Source of the DNA: Eimeria praecox
Taxonomy: Eukaryota
DNA: 64,000 bases
Direction of reading: 5' to 3'
NCBI GenBank assembly: GCA_963920595.1
Contig: OY986950.1
Location: 4,712,001-4,776,000 of the forward strand
The notes under the pieces are model-generated. The model saw only the letters and a program-made list of their open reading frames with translations, was not told where the DNA came from and did not search any database. Each line of letters opens with the position of its first letter. Position 1 is the stretch's first letter. Positions 49,800-62,100 of this stretch are shown here, piece by piece. Position numbers and translations under genes: made by a program.

Positions 49800-51117
49800 C
49801 CTAACCCCTAAGCCCTAAATCCTCGCGACCCCCAGGCCTGTCGTGGCAGCGCCTGTGTTCTCCTCCCTTCCCGTTAAGAAAAAAGAATCAGCATACGAGG
49901 AGGTTAAGGTTGTGGCAGCTGTTGTTGCTGCTGCTGCAACAGCAACAGCAACAGCAGCAACAACAGGAACCAGGGCGAGGGCCCCGGGGCCCCCCAACTC
50001 CCTATTTTTGGGGGGGATTTGGCGATAAATCTACTAAATTAGGAGCTAAAACCCTTTAGGAGCGAAACAAACTGTAAAATTTCGGCTTTAAGGTATAGGG
50101 TTCAGGGTTCAGGGCTTAAGGTTGACAGTCCTCAGCCGAGGGCATAGAGCTTAGGGTTCGAAGCCGAGCAGCAGTCACCGGGCTTCACATGTGGATGAGT
50201 ACATGTGAACTCTAAACGCTAAACCTTAATCTTTTAAACCATAGAGCCTAAACCCTAAAACGTAAACCCTCAAGCACGATTTAAATGAAAGGATCTTTCA
50301 GCTTCGAGTTCCGCCCTAAACCCTAAACCCTAAACCCGACAGTGTGTTGGCTGAGGCAGTGGACTACTGTTATGCTGTTGTATGCTCACATAGGTACAGA
50401 TAAACGAGGTGGATCCTTGTTACTATGCTTGTACTTCGTGTAGTTTGCAGCAGAAGTTTGTCTGGGGTTGTTGAAGTTGCTATCTTCGTTTTCTTACCTT
50501 TTGTCCTCTTGTGTCGCTGTTTGTTGGCTTGTATTGCTTGATACTTCATTGTCTTTTGTCTGCCTCTGTCTCAGTATCTCTTTGGCTTTCTCGTTTCTCT
50601 CGGGAATTTTCTCGGTGTATCAGCCGTCCTTCGCCTTACCTCTTTCTTTCTCCACTGTTCGCTCTTCGTGGCTGTTGGTCTTGGCGTGCTCGCCTCTCGC
50701 TAGGTGTTTATTTGCCTTGTTTTGTCCCTGCTTATTCCTCCTGTCGTCGCCGCCAGCTTTTCAGCTTGTCTGCGCCCCTTCGTGTTTGTCTGTACTTCCC
50801 CACGGCGTCGCTTACCCAAGCGGGTTTAGGGTTTATGCTCCCTCCGCACGCGTCTTTTCTTCCTTTGTGCTGCTCTATGTATTCGGTTTTTGCTTAACCC
50901 TCTACTTCACCCCCTACTTTTATGCGTCATTCATTGCTCTTGCAGAGTAGGCCACAATGTGCAAGTCGCCGACCATATCCTCCCCGTCCCCCCACCTAAA
51001 TCCTAAACCCTGCATGCGGAGATTCACGAAGGAAGCCTTCTATACATAGCATGGGGCGCCGTCTCACTCAGCGAGTTCCAGCGTTTATAGGGTTAGGGTT
51101 ACGGGATGGGTTTAGGA
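49800..51117. repeat. Cluster of degenerate AAACCCT/TTTAGGG blocks in both orientations upstream of TAF1
   Basis: C-rich blocks at 49801-49822, 50210-50270, 50314-50337 and 50995-51011; G-rich blocks at 50088-50160, 50822-50834 and 51083-51116. Confidence 0.88.
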
Positions 51118-51540
51118 GTCGGTAGAGTTTATTAAAAGGCAGAAATAGCCTCTACGTACAACCCTTGCGTCCGTTCATTTGAGGCGTATGTAAAACTCAA
51201 AATTTTGAAGTGTACGGGCACTTTCTTCACGCTTCGCGTGCCTCTTTCCCGCCTTGCCATATGGCGGTGTGAAGAAAACAAAAAACTGGAGGAAAAATAA
51301 CTGGCGTGTGCGTATATTCGCTGCATGCAACCTGCCTTTGGCGGCAGTGTATTTATTTATTTGGCATTTATGTATTCGTGCATCATTTGTTTATGTGAAA
51401 TGTAGTAGCTGAAGCTACCAGATGAGCCTAGCGGCTCATCGAGGCCCTTCCGCTCCTCGCACAGCTGCTGGTGCAACTGGTGCCGCTGCCGTTTTTCCTG
51501 GTGCTTTGGCTGCTGGCGCTGCTGCTGCCGCTGCTGCTCC

Positions 51541-51966
51541 TCAGGCAGCAGGGGAATAAGATGCGCGGCTGTTTGGTGCATTGCATTTGTCCAAGGCATC
51601 GAAGGGAATTCTGCAAAAAGCCTCCGCCCCCGTAACCCATTTAAACCCCAGCACAGACTGCTGCAGCAGCAGGCCATAGACCCCCTGGAAAACAAAAACA
51701 CAACTGCGCATACACCTTACACGTACAAATCCAGTGCTGGGATCAGAAGTAACAGCAGTAAGACCAACCGCAATAGCAATACTAGCACCTGCAGCGGGAC
51801 TCGCAGGAGCCGCAGCAGCATCAGCAGGGTCAACAATAGCTGTCAAGGCAGAAGCAGCAGCAACTCACGTAATCGCTGGTGTATGCTGCAAGAGGGCCAT
51901 CAGATGAGAGGGCGTACGGCCAGCCTGAGAAGACATTAACCTTAAACCCTCTGACCTCCATACATA

Positions 51967-52036
<70 letters not shown>

Positions 52037-55000
52037 GTGTAATCTGCCCTCACCTGCAGTAAATTGTGCTTTCCCCACGGAGACACTTGTCAAGGGGCTG
52101 TCTCTGAAGATGGAGAAGAGCCGGAGACAGCCGGAGGCGTCGAGCGAAAGAAAAGAAAAGTCCAGCCGTCCAGTGTTGAGAGACAAAACCCGAGAACGCT
52201 GTTCATACAGACGCTGGAGCAACCCACCGCAGCAAATTCCCAAAAGGTGCTCAGCAGCAGTAGCAGGAACGGGACCAACAGCAGCAGCAGCAGGAACAGG
52301 ACCAACAGCAGCAGCAGCAAATGGACCCAGGTTACAGCCGACACGCGGACATTCGTCAAGCTCTGTCTTTTTCGAAATGCATATCAGACAATACAGCAGC
52401 TGCAGCAGGCCGGTAGCAGCATCACTTAAATACTGCCGTGAGGCTATTAAGAGAATACTGAGATGAATATACACATCATTATAGAGGTAACTCTATTAAC
52501 CTTAGAAGCATGTAAACAGTCTAACCAACGAATGCACTTGGTGGCACATATGCATGATGAACATAATAACAATACTAGTGCATTTAACATAATTAATAGC
52601 AACACAAAGACAATAACAGCAGCAAAACCGGCGACAGTATTCTGCCCCTCCTGCTCTGCCTGCAAACTACTGCTAGGAGAGGAAAGCCAACATCCAGCAG
52701 ACAGACAAGCAGGAAGCAAGAACACCCCAATACAGCCGAAAGATACTCACGAAAGGCTTGTCAAGAGACGGGTCCGGAGGTTTCATCCCTCCTGCTGCTG
52801 CGGCCTCTTCAGCATAGAGGTTATTGCGCTGTTGCTGCTGCCGCTGCTGCTGCAGAAGCAACGAACAAAATCTGAAAAACGCATCGGCTACGCGAAAGGC
52901 CAGCAGAGTATGTTCAAACAGAAAGAATGGATAACGCACACCCTGCTGGTGCTGCTGCTGATGATGATGATGGGGTTCCTTGCTGCGGCTAGTGCTGGGA
53001 TGGGCTCCTTCTGCTGCCTCGTCGCCGTCAAGGCCATGCACCAGCAGCTCATCGTCTACTGCGCCAGCATTGCTGTCTGCCTTAAGGCTATCTGAAGGGT
53101 GTCGTTCACTCCGTCCTGCTGCAGCTTTTGCTGAAGCTGTTGCTGCAACTGCTGCTGCTGCTGGCTCATCAAGCGTTGAGCTATGGACTTGTTTGTTTTT
53201 CATTGCTCCGACGCTGCCAATCAGCCGCCAGAAAAGATTTGAGCTCAGCCGCTTTGATTTCCTTTCCCCTTTTTGCCTCAGGGCGGCGCTGTTCTGTAAG
53301 CATCGCAGAAACAAAAGAGGCAGCGACCGCAGCGGCGAATCCTTTGCTGTTGCTCCTGTTGCTTCTGCTGTTGCTGTTGCTGTGGGGCCCTCAGCGCGTT
53401 GAGAATCCCAACCCTCCGGGGAAGCAGCAAGGCCGGCTTGTCTCCTCAACAACCGGGATGTAGAACCCGAGCCAGATGCGGTTGCAGAGTGCGGCTGCTG
53501 CGGAGAGTCTGTGCCCTTATAGTTATCGCAGCTGCCTGCGCAGCAGCTGAAGGCTGCTGCCGCTGCGTCTGCTGCTGCTGCAGATTTGCTGCTGCAGAGA
53601 CCCAGGGCTCGTGCGCGGGACGCGTAGTACTTGAAGAAAGACAATCGCAAGTCAAAGACAGATATGGCTTTGTCGCCGGCAACAACCAAGAAGAAACGCG
53701 AAGAAAAACAGGCCTGCTGTAGACGCCGAGGCGCGGCCTGCCGATGAACCAAATACTCCTCCATATAACTGCGACGAGCAGCACACCAACTGCAGCAGCA
53801 GCAGCAGCAGCAAGGGTTGTAGCAACAGCAGCAGATATAACGGCAGCACAAGCCACAGCTGTTGGATGCATTTGCTGCATGTCGAGCCATTGTTCTTACT
53901 GCTCATGCCTCACAGGGAGCCTTACGATGGTTTAGGGTTTAGGGTTTGGGGAAATCACGCACCCATGACTCTCCTCAACAAGTCTAGAGGCGCCCCGTGC
54001 ATCCACCACCAGCAGCCAGCGCGTATCTGCTGCTGTGTCGCTGCTGCAGCAACTGCATTAGCCACACGCCGCAGCAGCAGGACAAGCAGACACTGCAGCA
54101 GCAGCCAAACGAGGCTGTCGTATGCTCATCGCAGTGGGTGCATAGCAGGTTTTCCATTCTGCATCGTCTGTACAGCGAGTATGGGCACTGGTTGAGCGAA
54201 TGGGAGAGGCGTTTTGCTATTGAGGCTGCATGCAGTGCGAGGTGTACGTACAGCACAAAGTCACCGTTGAAATCCAAAGCCGTCAAATTTGCGGCTTCCA
54301 CGCTGCGCCACAATCTGCAAAAGTACTGCGTCTCGTACCGTTCATACATGCTGCCTTCCTCTGCAAAACAGCGGCAGCAGCAGCAGCAGCAACACAACAA
54401 CCCCGCAGCGAAAGAACAGCTCTGGGCACCCAAGGCGAAGGCTGGCGCGTGCCGCTTGCGGCCAAAAGCCCCTTAAGAGGGCAAAAATGCGCGTATAAAA
54501 AGCCCCAGGGAGTCCCTGCATGCATGCATGCAGATCTTACTGAGGTCCATTATACAGGCGGCGCCGGTGCCGAGGAGACAGGCGCTGTGTGTGGGAGTGA
54601 ACTGCAGCTGCTGCTGCTGCTGCTGTTCGTCGAGTGTACATACACCTGCTGCCAGAGCGCATGCCCATGCCTTTTGAAGTTGTTTCTTCTCTTCCGTCAG
54701 AGGCGCGCCGGACGATGCAAAGGTATCTTGAGAGTTCGGTTGCTGCTGCAGCTTAAAGAGAATCATTGCAGCCAGGTCACTGCTGCAGTGTCTGTACAGC
54801 AGGAATAGCTGCCCCGACTCTCGGCACCTCCGCAGCAGCCGCATATTCATCGTTACAGAGTTGAAAGCGCTACGACTGGCAAACAAAGACAGCTGCTCGC
54901 TGCCCATACACCGCAACGACGGCAGCTTCCACTGCACCAGCTGCAGCCTCAAATGCACACACAAACCCCAAACTCAAAACCCTACACTCAAAACCCTCAA

Positions 55001-55897
55001 AGCCAGAAGCCTATTGAAACGTCCCACGTCCATCAGTCCCACCCATCCCCAGCAGAAAGCAGCAGCAGCAATACAACGTACATCTGCAGCTCCTATCACT
55101 GCGGTGAGGTACGTTGTGTCTGTCCAGCACATCGCCACGCCGTCGTCGCTGTAGGCCTGAGGCAAAAGAACCTCCCCTCTTATCGGACCCTGCTGCTGCT
55201 GCTGCTGCTGCTGGGAAGTGGCAGCAGCAGAGGGCTTGGGCAAGTAGAAGAGCGAGAGCCGCCCCAGTAAAGTGCCCGCAGCAATGCCAACCCTTTTGTC
55301 AACATTCAGGCAGACAAAAGGATCCCCTAGCAAACAGGGCAGCAGCAGCTGCTGCTGGCAGGCTCTCTTGTTTCTGCTGCTCACTGCAGCAGCAACGATC
55401 CTGCTCACTAAGCCAGAGAGCCCCTTTTCCCCCGGTTTCCTTGCTGCAGGGCCTGCAGCGGCAAGGGATTCCGTGCCCATCCTGGCGTCGACTGCCGTAT
55501 CTCTACACCCTGCGAAAGCGCGGGAGTGGGGGCTGTTTGTGCTGCTACCTTTCTGGCAAAAGGTAGAACTCATGAAGCTGTGGGAGCTGATGTTGCTGCT
55601 GCTGCGGCTTCTGCTGCCGCCACCGTTCCTTTTTCTCCGTCTTTGACTGCCGCTATTGCTGCTGCTGACGCTTACGCTGCTGCAGCTGCTACTTGTGGCT
55701 GTGATCGCAGGAGCCACAGGAAGAGCTGCAGAAGCGTCGTCGCCTTCGGGCTGCCGTACAGCAGTAGAAGAAGAGCGAGGTAACAGAATATCTGTCTTGA
55801 GGCCTACGTTAAACGAGTCTGAATAATCCTTTGACGGTTCACTAGGGGATGTAGCCGCAGCTGAGGGCAATACCCCTCCATGGCTAAACAAGAGCAT
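51541..55897 (-). CDS. Hypothetical multi-exon protein with beta-propeller/WD40-like segments and low-complexity inserts
   Basis: Exon-like blocks with splice signals: LGDPFVCLNVDKRVGIAAGTLLGRLSLFYL, AYSDDGVAMCWTDTTYLTAVIGAAD, LVQWKLPSL, NLTALDFNGDFVL, FFLVVAGDKAISVFDL, FLSLDASGCLRLFSI, GWPYALSSDGPLAAYTSDY, GVYGLLL...YSPAA* (stop at 51541). Start is 55897 or possibly 56125. No family recognised. Confidence 0.7.
51968..52032. repeat. (AT)n microsatellite in an intron
   Basis: Pure AT run of about 32 units. Confidence 0.97.
52252..52329. repeat. 27-bp tandem repeat (about 2.8 copies), probably intronic
   Basis: cagcagcagtagcaggaacgggaccaa / cagcagcagcagcaggaacaggaccaa / cagcagcagcagcaaatggaccca. 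Confidence 0.8.
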
Positions 55898-56963
55898 TCC
55901 CAGTCACCTCCGACGCTGCAGCTGTCGCCGTTGCTGCCACTGTTGTTGCCACTGTTGCTGCCACTGATGCTGTCGTTGCTGTTGGGACTGCTGCTGATGA
56001 TGCACGTTCGAATCTCTCTGTATGCCTCGCCGTTGCTCCTGCCTCTGCTGGTGCTGTTGCTGCTGCTTCTGTTGCTGCTGCTTCTGTTGCTGCTGAGACT
56101 GTAGACGGTGTTGGCGCGTACCCATCTCAGGTGACGCCGGCTTCCGTGTGGCAGCCTCTAAGGGCTCCGAGCTGCACGGCTGTGCATCATAAGGACAAAT
56201 GCCTTTGAAATAAAGGTCCTCAAATCATATATTCTTGTGTTTTATCTTAAAATAGTGTAGTGGTATGTTAATTGGGGCAAAAAGCGCACCAACACGGATA
56301 ACCGGACTTGCATTTGCGAAGTGAACGCGCAGGCGCAGCTGCGCGGAAAAATAAGCTGAAAATGGAACTCCAAGAGAATTTACGCAGCTCCTCCAGCTTA
56401 TTTACGCTCATTTCGCCGACATTTTCTCAAAACGGCAGCAGCGATCCGAAGAATCTCAAATCATGATCGAAGCCGTCGTCGGCGCTCCCTCGCGGAGAGG
56501 TATATCGTTTCCATCGTTCTCTCGGTATTACTTATATTTCATTGTCACTAAAATTGAGGTACTACTAAAATTTATCAATTAAAAAGGCACTTTGTTCCCA
56601 TTGTTTAAACTGGGGAACATCTGGGGGGTGTCTTGGCACCAGGGTTGAGGTGGACAGCACAGCGCAAAGGAGGCCTCTGGGGCTTTAAGGGGCCCCCTTT
56701 CCTCCTTTCGCGACAAGAAGTACCTTTTAACAGTATTTTGACACCATTGTTCGGTTGATATATATTTTCAGCCTTGAAAACCCATCCAAAACCCCCTGGA
56801 GCTACCGCAGGCAAGGCCTGCCTGCAGTTGATACATGTAGTTACGTTTGCAGGTTGGCTACTGAAGGCCAAGCATACAGTTGTCTACGGTGTTAGGGTAT
56901 GCGGCAAGAAGGGGTTTAGACATGTTTGCATGCGGGGTTGCCCCACAGTAGGAGCTACAATCT

Positions 56964-57065
56964 CGTTCGCGATAGTATAATCGCAGAGGATTGCAGGCAG
57001 CATTTCTATCAGTGCGTTCGCGGTAGTATAATCGCAGAGGATTGCAGGCAGCATTTCTAACAGTG
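56964..57065. repeat. 51-bp tandem duplication (2 copies, 2 mismatches)
   Basis: cgttcgcgRtagtataatcgcagaggattgcaggcagcatttctaWcagtg starting at 56964 and at 57015. Confidence 0.95.
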
Positions 57066-57408
57066 GATGCCCTGCGAGTTGAGAGCAGAAGATTTCTTCT
57101 TCGACCGAATCATGCGCGCCGAAGTTTGTGCTTGCTTAGATGAAGAGGACTTAACACGTATTGAAACGAGAAAACTGATGCAACTTGTCCATTTTCTAGA
57201 GCATAAGGCTACTATGAAGAAGAATTTGGCAGCTAAGAGCTGCAAGCTGCTCATTTTGAAAGCCTCCGAACTGCAAATATCGGCAATATGGTGATTCCTT
57301 CAGTACCAGGGTCCAGTTAAGGAAAGCTGTTAAGATAAGCAAATATACAAAGGTGGCATCTTTGCTTGGGGAAGAAAGCAAGTGTTAACATCTGAGAAAC
57401 TGAGTGCA

Positions 57409-57449
<41 letters not shown>

Positions 57450-57899
57450 GAGAGAGAGAGATTCTAAAAAGCTTGTGGAGAAATGTATCGTGCAAAGGGC
57501 AGCGCCTGTAGATACCGCACGCAGTGGAAAGGGAACAGTCCCTAGCGACGTTTGTAAGTGGAAATGGCTGCGAAAAAATATAACGTAAATGATAGAAGCA
57601 ATGGAACTAACCATAAGTGTAGCAGCGTAGTCACACCCTTATGCCGCCTCTCTTATTGTGGCGTACACGTTGCTCGAAGGGTGGAAAACGCCTGTAAATG
57701 CCAGGTAGTTTGTTCTTTTGTACTCAACGAAAGTTAAGGCATACAGTGCTGCCACCTTGATCAGACAAGGAGAAAGAAAGAAAAGGGAGGGGAAGGTTGC
57801 TGTCGTTGCATCTTTACTAAGTTGCACAGGCGCACAGAAGCCAAAAAGAGGTCGCGGGGTTTGTGTTACATGGGGAAAAGCCTACAAACACTGTAGTCC

Positions 57900-58350
57900 A
57901 TATGCGTACAGCATGGGAAACGTTCAATTTACAGATACATCTCCGGTTTCGTGCGTTGCTGACCATACTGCGCTGCTGAGATGCACCACACAGTTCTCTT
58001 TGCCTCGCGCTGCGGCATAACGCCTTGTGCTGGTCTCTGAGTTTAGTTATTTGGGGATATTCATTGGCCCAGATATAAGAACTTTTGTTGTTACTTGTTT
58101 GGTTGGTTAACTGAGCGCCTAAAAGCTGGCTAACGCTGGCTTACAGCGCTGGTATTGAGAGGGAGGACTGGCAGGTAAGGTGGGAGGTGCCCATTAATAA
58201 AGTCTCCAAAAACTGTTATTAGTCTAAGGCTGCTCACATTGGGTGAGCATACGTGTGAATTTAAGTAGTAATGGGGACAAAGAAAGGGGATTTCCGCATG
58301 CTGCCGTCTGCTGGAGGCACTGCTCGCCCCCCGAATACTGTTCCGGATGT
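57900..58350 (+). mobile_element. Possible very decayed gypsy reverse-transcriptase / connection-domain fragment
   Basis: Frameshifted pieces in RT order: ADHTALLR, LALRHNALC, FSYLGIFIGPD (compare VEYLGHIISADG), RWEVP, LLTLGEHTCEFK, LLEALLAP...PD. No YxDD motif is visible. Confidence 0.3.
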
Positions 58351-59167
58351 CAATGGTAGGGTCACTACACCCCCGAGAGTAACACGAAGGAAGAATAAAA
58401 CTACCTAGCTAAGCAAGATGTTCGCTCATCCAATTCTGTTCAATTTCACTGTTCGATTTCTGCAGTTTGCACACTGTTGCTGCTGTACGTGCTCCTCGCT
58501 TCGCCGTGCAGTAGTCGAACTACAGGCAGGGAGCTTAGAGGCACTTAATCAGGGCAGAGAATGGAAATATTTGGGCTTATTTAAGGGTTATATCCAAATA
58601 GAAAACCTTCAAGCATCATAGTCCTTGAATAATCTGCATCTGGAATGGTGGTTCCGATGCAGGAACCAAAGGTCACCCGCCCTATTGGTGGCTGCGTCGT
58701 AGGGGGCTAAACCTGGAAGCGCAGAGGCGCAAATGAGTGTTATTCCAGTGAAATTTCGCCTCCCTTTTATTTTTATATCGTGTACGTGAGCAAATAAGGG
58801 TGACTATTCCTGAAAACTGACTGTCCTCGCTTCCCTGCAGTGGAAGCTGGGTGGCCACCGGTCTGTTCCGGTCAGCATGTAGAGCAGGTGCCGTTACCTT
58901 TAAATTATTAGAGACGAACGTCCATCCTTCCAGTGAAATAATGAGATGTACTGATGGCAATGCAGTGTTCCGCTCGTGCCACCATTCGTTACTCCTGCCG
59001 GGCTCCAGATGGGCGTTGAATGGAAGTGCTATCTATTTAGCAGATTCTCGGCAAGGACCTATAAAGGGGCCCATTTCTGCGAGGCTGGGACTTGAAGAAA
59101 CGGTTTTGTGACGTGATATGGTTTATATGGATAACTCAAACCTGCAAAGCTGCAGATCTATCGCAAA

Positions 59168-62100
59168 ATGGGGAGGCAGCGCCAGGCGGTCGACTCCGTT
59201 GTGTTGTTGCACCCAACGGTCGCCCCCCTCGGAGGATCCCTAAGGGGGATGGACGGGAATTCGTTGCTTGAAGATGGAGCAGCAAATGCCGTGCACAACC
59301 CCCGGAAGCCATTCATGGATGGCAATGGAACTTTCAGCGACGTTGCAGATCACTACGCGCATGTTGACTGGACGCCCTGGGATTGCTGCCGGTGTGCAGC
59401 AGAAACACGTGACGCGATGTTAGAGAAGGTTGCAGATGCATTTGGAAGATATGCATTAATCGTTTACCACCATCCTTTCAAGGTATAACACGTTGATTCT
59501 CGAGGGTTTACAGTGTAGGGGCTAGAGTTCAGGGAAAGGGTTTTAGGACTATGGATCCTGCGCTGCTGTCTGGTACCTGTAATTCAGTTCATTATTTTCA
59601 GCGCATTGCTGTGTTTGAGCCTCTCCGTCGGTTTGGCATTCAAGACAAGTACTACGGATGGCGTTGTGCAATACACCATCCCGCATAGCCAAGCTCAGCA
59701 GGTTCGTTTAGAGGCTTCTCTAAGCATCTTCAAGATATTATCATTAAACTATGTTCAACCACGTTTTCCTGAACTTGCCCGTTTCAGGACATTGCATCCC
59801 TACACTCCCCTGTCTATTTGCTTCCGTGCTTCGTTGTGTACGAATTCACTTGCTAGTTTGCTAGCTTGCTTTTCTGTTCATCTTCTCGTTTCCGTCTGCA
59901 TCCTTCTGCGTTCCCCTAGCATTTGCAGCCCATCCTCCCTAGAGTTTTTCACAGCTTGTTTGCGCCTGTCTACTTGTCTGCCCACTAGGTTTTGCGAAGG
60001 CCTTTTGTGTGTTTCCAGGATGCTGATGAATACCGCATGTTATTTCAGGGCAACGTGACCCGCAGCGAGGTGATCCTGATAGCTGCTAACGACGGAATGA
60101 GCAACTTGTTGGAGGCCTCCTTTTTAAACGCAGTTTGGGACATGCACATGAAGATACTGGACATCAAAGTGACAGCGGACGAGGAAGCCGACGCCCTCGC
60201 CGACGCAGCCGTTGCCGTAGCAGAGACTGGCGATACACTGGAGCTTCCCAAACGCAGGCTGCAGCCGGTTGCACCTTTACATAGCAATGAACAGGAAAAC
60301 ATAGACCAACAAAGCATCGAAAGGCAGATAGCGGAGGCAAAACAGCTGCAGATGGTGACGCCCAGGAGACTCGCCTGGGGTGACCCAGCAGCAGCTGTGC
60401 AGCAACACTTCGTGGAGCAGCAGCTTAGGCAGCAGCTGGAGCCGCAACACCAGCAGCAGCCTCAGTGGGTCCCCACAGGGGGCGGGGGCCGCAGGCGTCG
60501 AGATGCCCAGGCTGCTGCTGCTTCTGCTCAGCAGCCGCAGCAAGTGTTCTCCACGTTCCAGGCGCAGCAACCAGAGCCTGTATGCGACCCTGAACGACAG
60601 TTGCCAAGAGTGCGCATAACAGGCTTAGCGTGCCGACCCCCCCTAGCAGCGGGGGAATACGGGTTTCAAAACTTGTGTTATAGGGACTCCACTGGGGCTT
60701 GCGAAGCCCCCGACGGCATTATCTTCGTCTACGGCCACAAAAGGTGGGGAACGGGAAGGAGCAGAAAATCCTTAGTTAGCTTTGCTCTCCAAACTTGGCT
60801 TACCAGTAGCTGCAACAATTGCAACCCACAGAGATAGCTTAAAGGAACAAGGAATAATGATGAAGAAATCCTTAGTGGAGGAATTCGGATCGCGAATAGC
60901 ATTCGTAGTCGCATTCGTAGTATAAAACACTGTGCAACACTGAGAAGGATAACACTGATAAGCATCATGGATTGAGTCATTTTGCTCTAACTGTCTGTGC
61001 TGAATATGCAAACAAAGATGGTGTAGCTATTAAACACAAAAGAACAACAATGAACACAAGCTTAATGTACGGGCTTCAAGCCAAATAGGCTGCCGCTCAA
61101 CTATGCTATCTCCCCTAGTATTTCGTATGATTCCCATGCTTAACTGCCTCTTTGCTGCCTCTTCTGCCTGCTGATGCATCGCATCATTAGCTCTGAAACA
61201 CACAGCTAAAATCATTTTGATAGCTCTTCCTTACGGAAAGAAATGCTTCCCTTTGCACTTACTTTCAGCACCTTCCGCATCGTTATATGGTGGAGCCATC
61301 CTTGCTTGTTTGCGTTGCCGCACCATCACTGAGATTGCGGCACATTATTGAGCGTCTCCTGCAGCTGCTATATAGCATTTCAACATGCCTTTCGTACTGC
61401 TTATATCTCGTTGTTGCGCTCAGGGAATTCGGGAGTATGGTAGAATACCCCCTTCACACCTCCTTTCTGCTGGCTCGAGGCTTCCCAACAGATATGCTTC
61501 TGTCAACAAAGGGCCTTCGCCTGACGCCATCAGGCCGCTATGCCACCGCCACTGCAGCCCTGTCTCTCAGGCAAGCGCTATCACACTCGAGTTCCTAAAT
61601 CCTACACGCTGCAAGCAGGAAGGTGCCTGGAGGCGGCTGTAGCCAACGAGTAATGGCGGCCTCGGGCCTCGCATGCACACTCTGCCCAGATGCAGCCTGT
61701 CTCTGTTGTGGTTGAAAATTCAGTTTACGTTTGCCACCCTCTCTGTTAGACCACCCAAAAAGGGGAACCACCTCAAATGAAATTACTAAAAGCAGAAGGG
61801 TCCTATGATGCTGTTCAGCTTTCAATGAACTACGACTCACCCCAGTGCTAAAAAGCCTTTGCACCGCTTAAATCTCCATATAACCCCACTTTTGAGACGC
61901 TGCAGCGCTGGGCCAGCGCCTGATGGCGCTGAGCTCCTCGTCAGTTGTATTGACACTGTTCTAAGGCCCTTTATAATCACGGGCGAACACAGCATGACCC
62001 AAAGCACTGCTGCCGGGGCCACACATTGATTAGTTGTGTCACATGATTCTTCTCGAAGCCATTAACTGCCTGAAGTGGCACACGATTCTGTTGAGGCTTA

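Noticed and set aside
50314..50337. True chromosome end
   Set aside because: Only a few heptamer units embedded between genes; an interstitial repeat.
55904..55906. Selenocysteine codon
   Set aside because: The TGA sits in a poly-Q/Arg context with no redox motif, and I could not identify a SECIS downstream of the gene.
56964..57065. CRISPR-like repeat array
   Set aside because: Only two abutting copies, no spacer, no cas genes, eukaryotic context.
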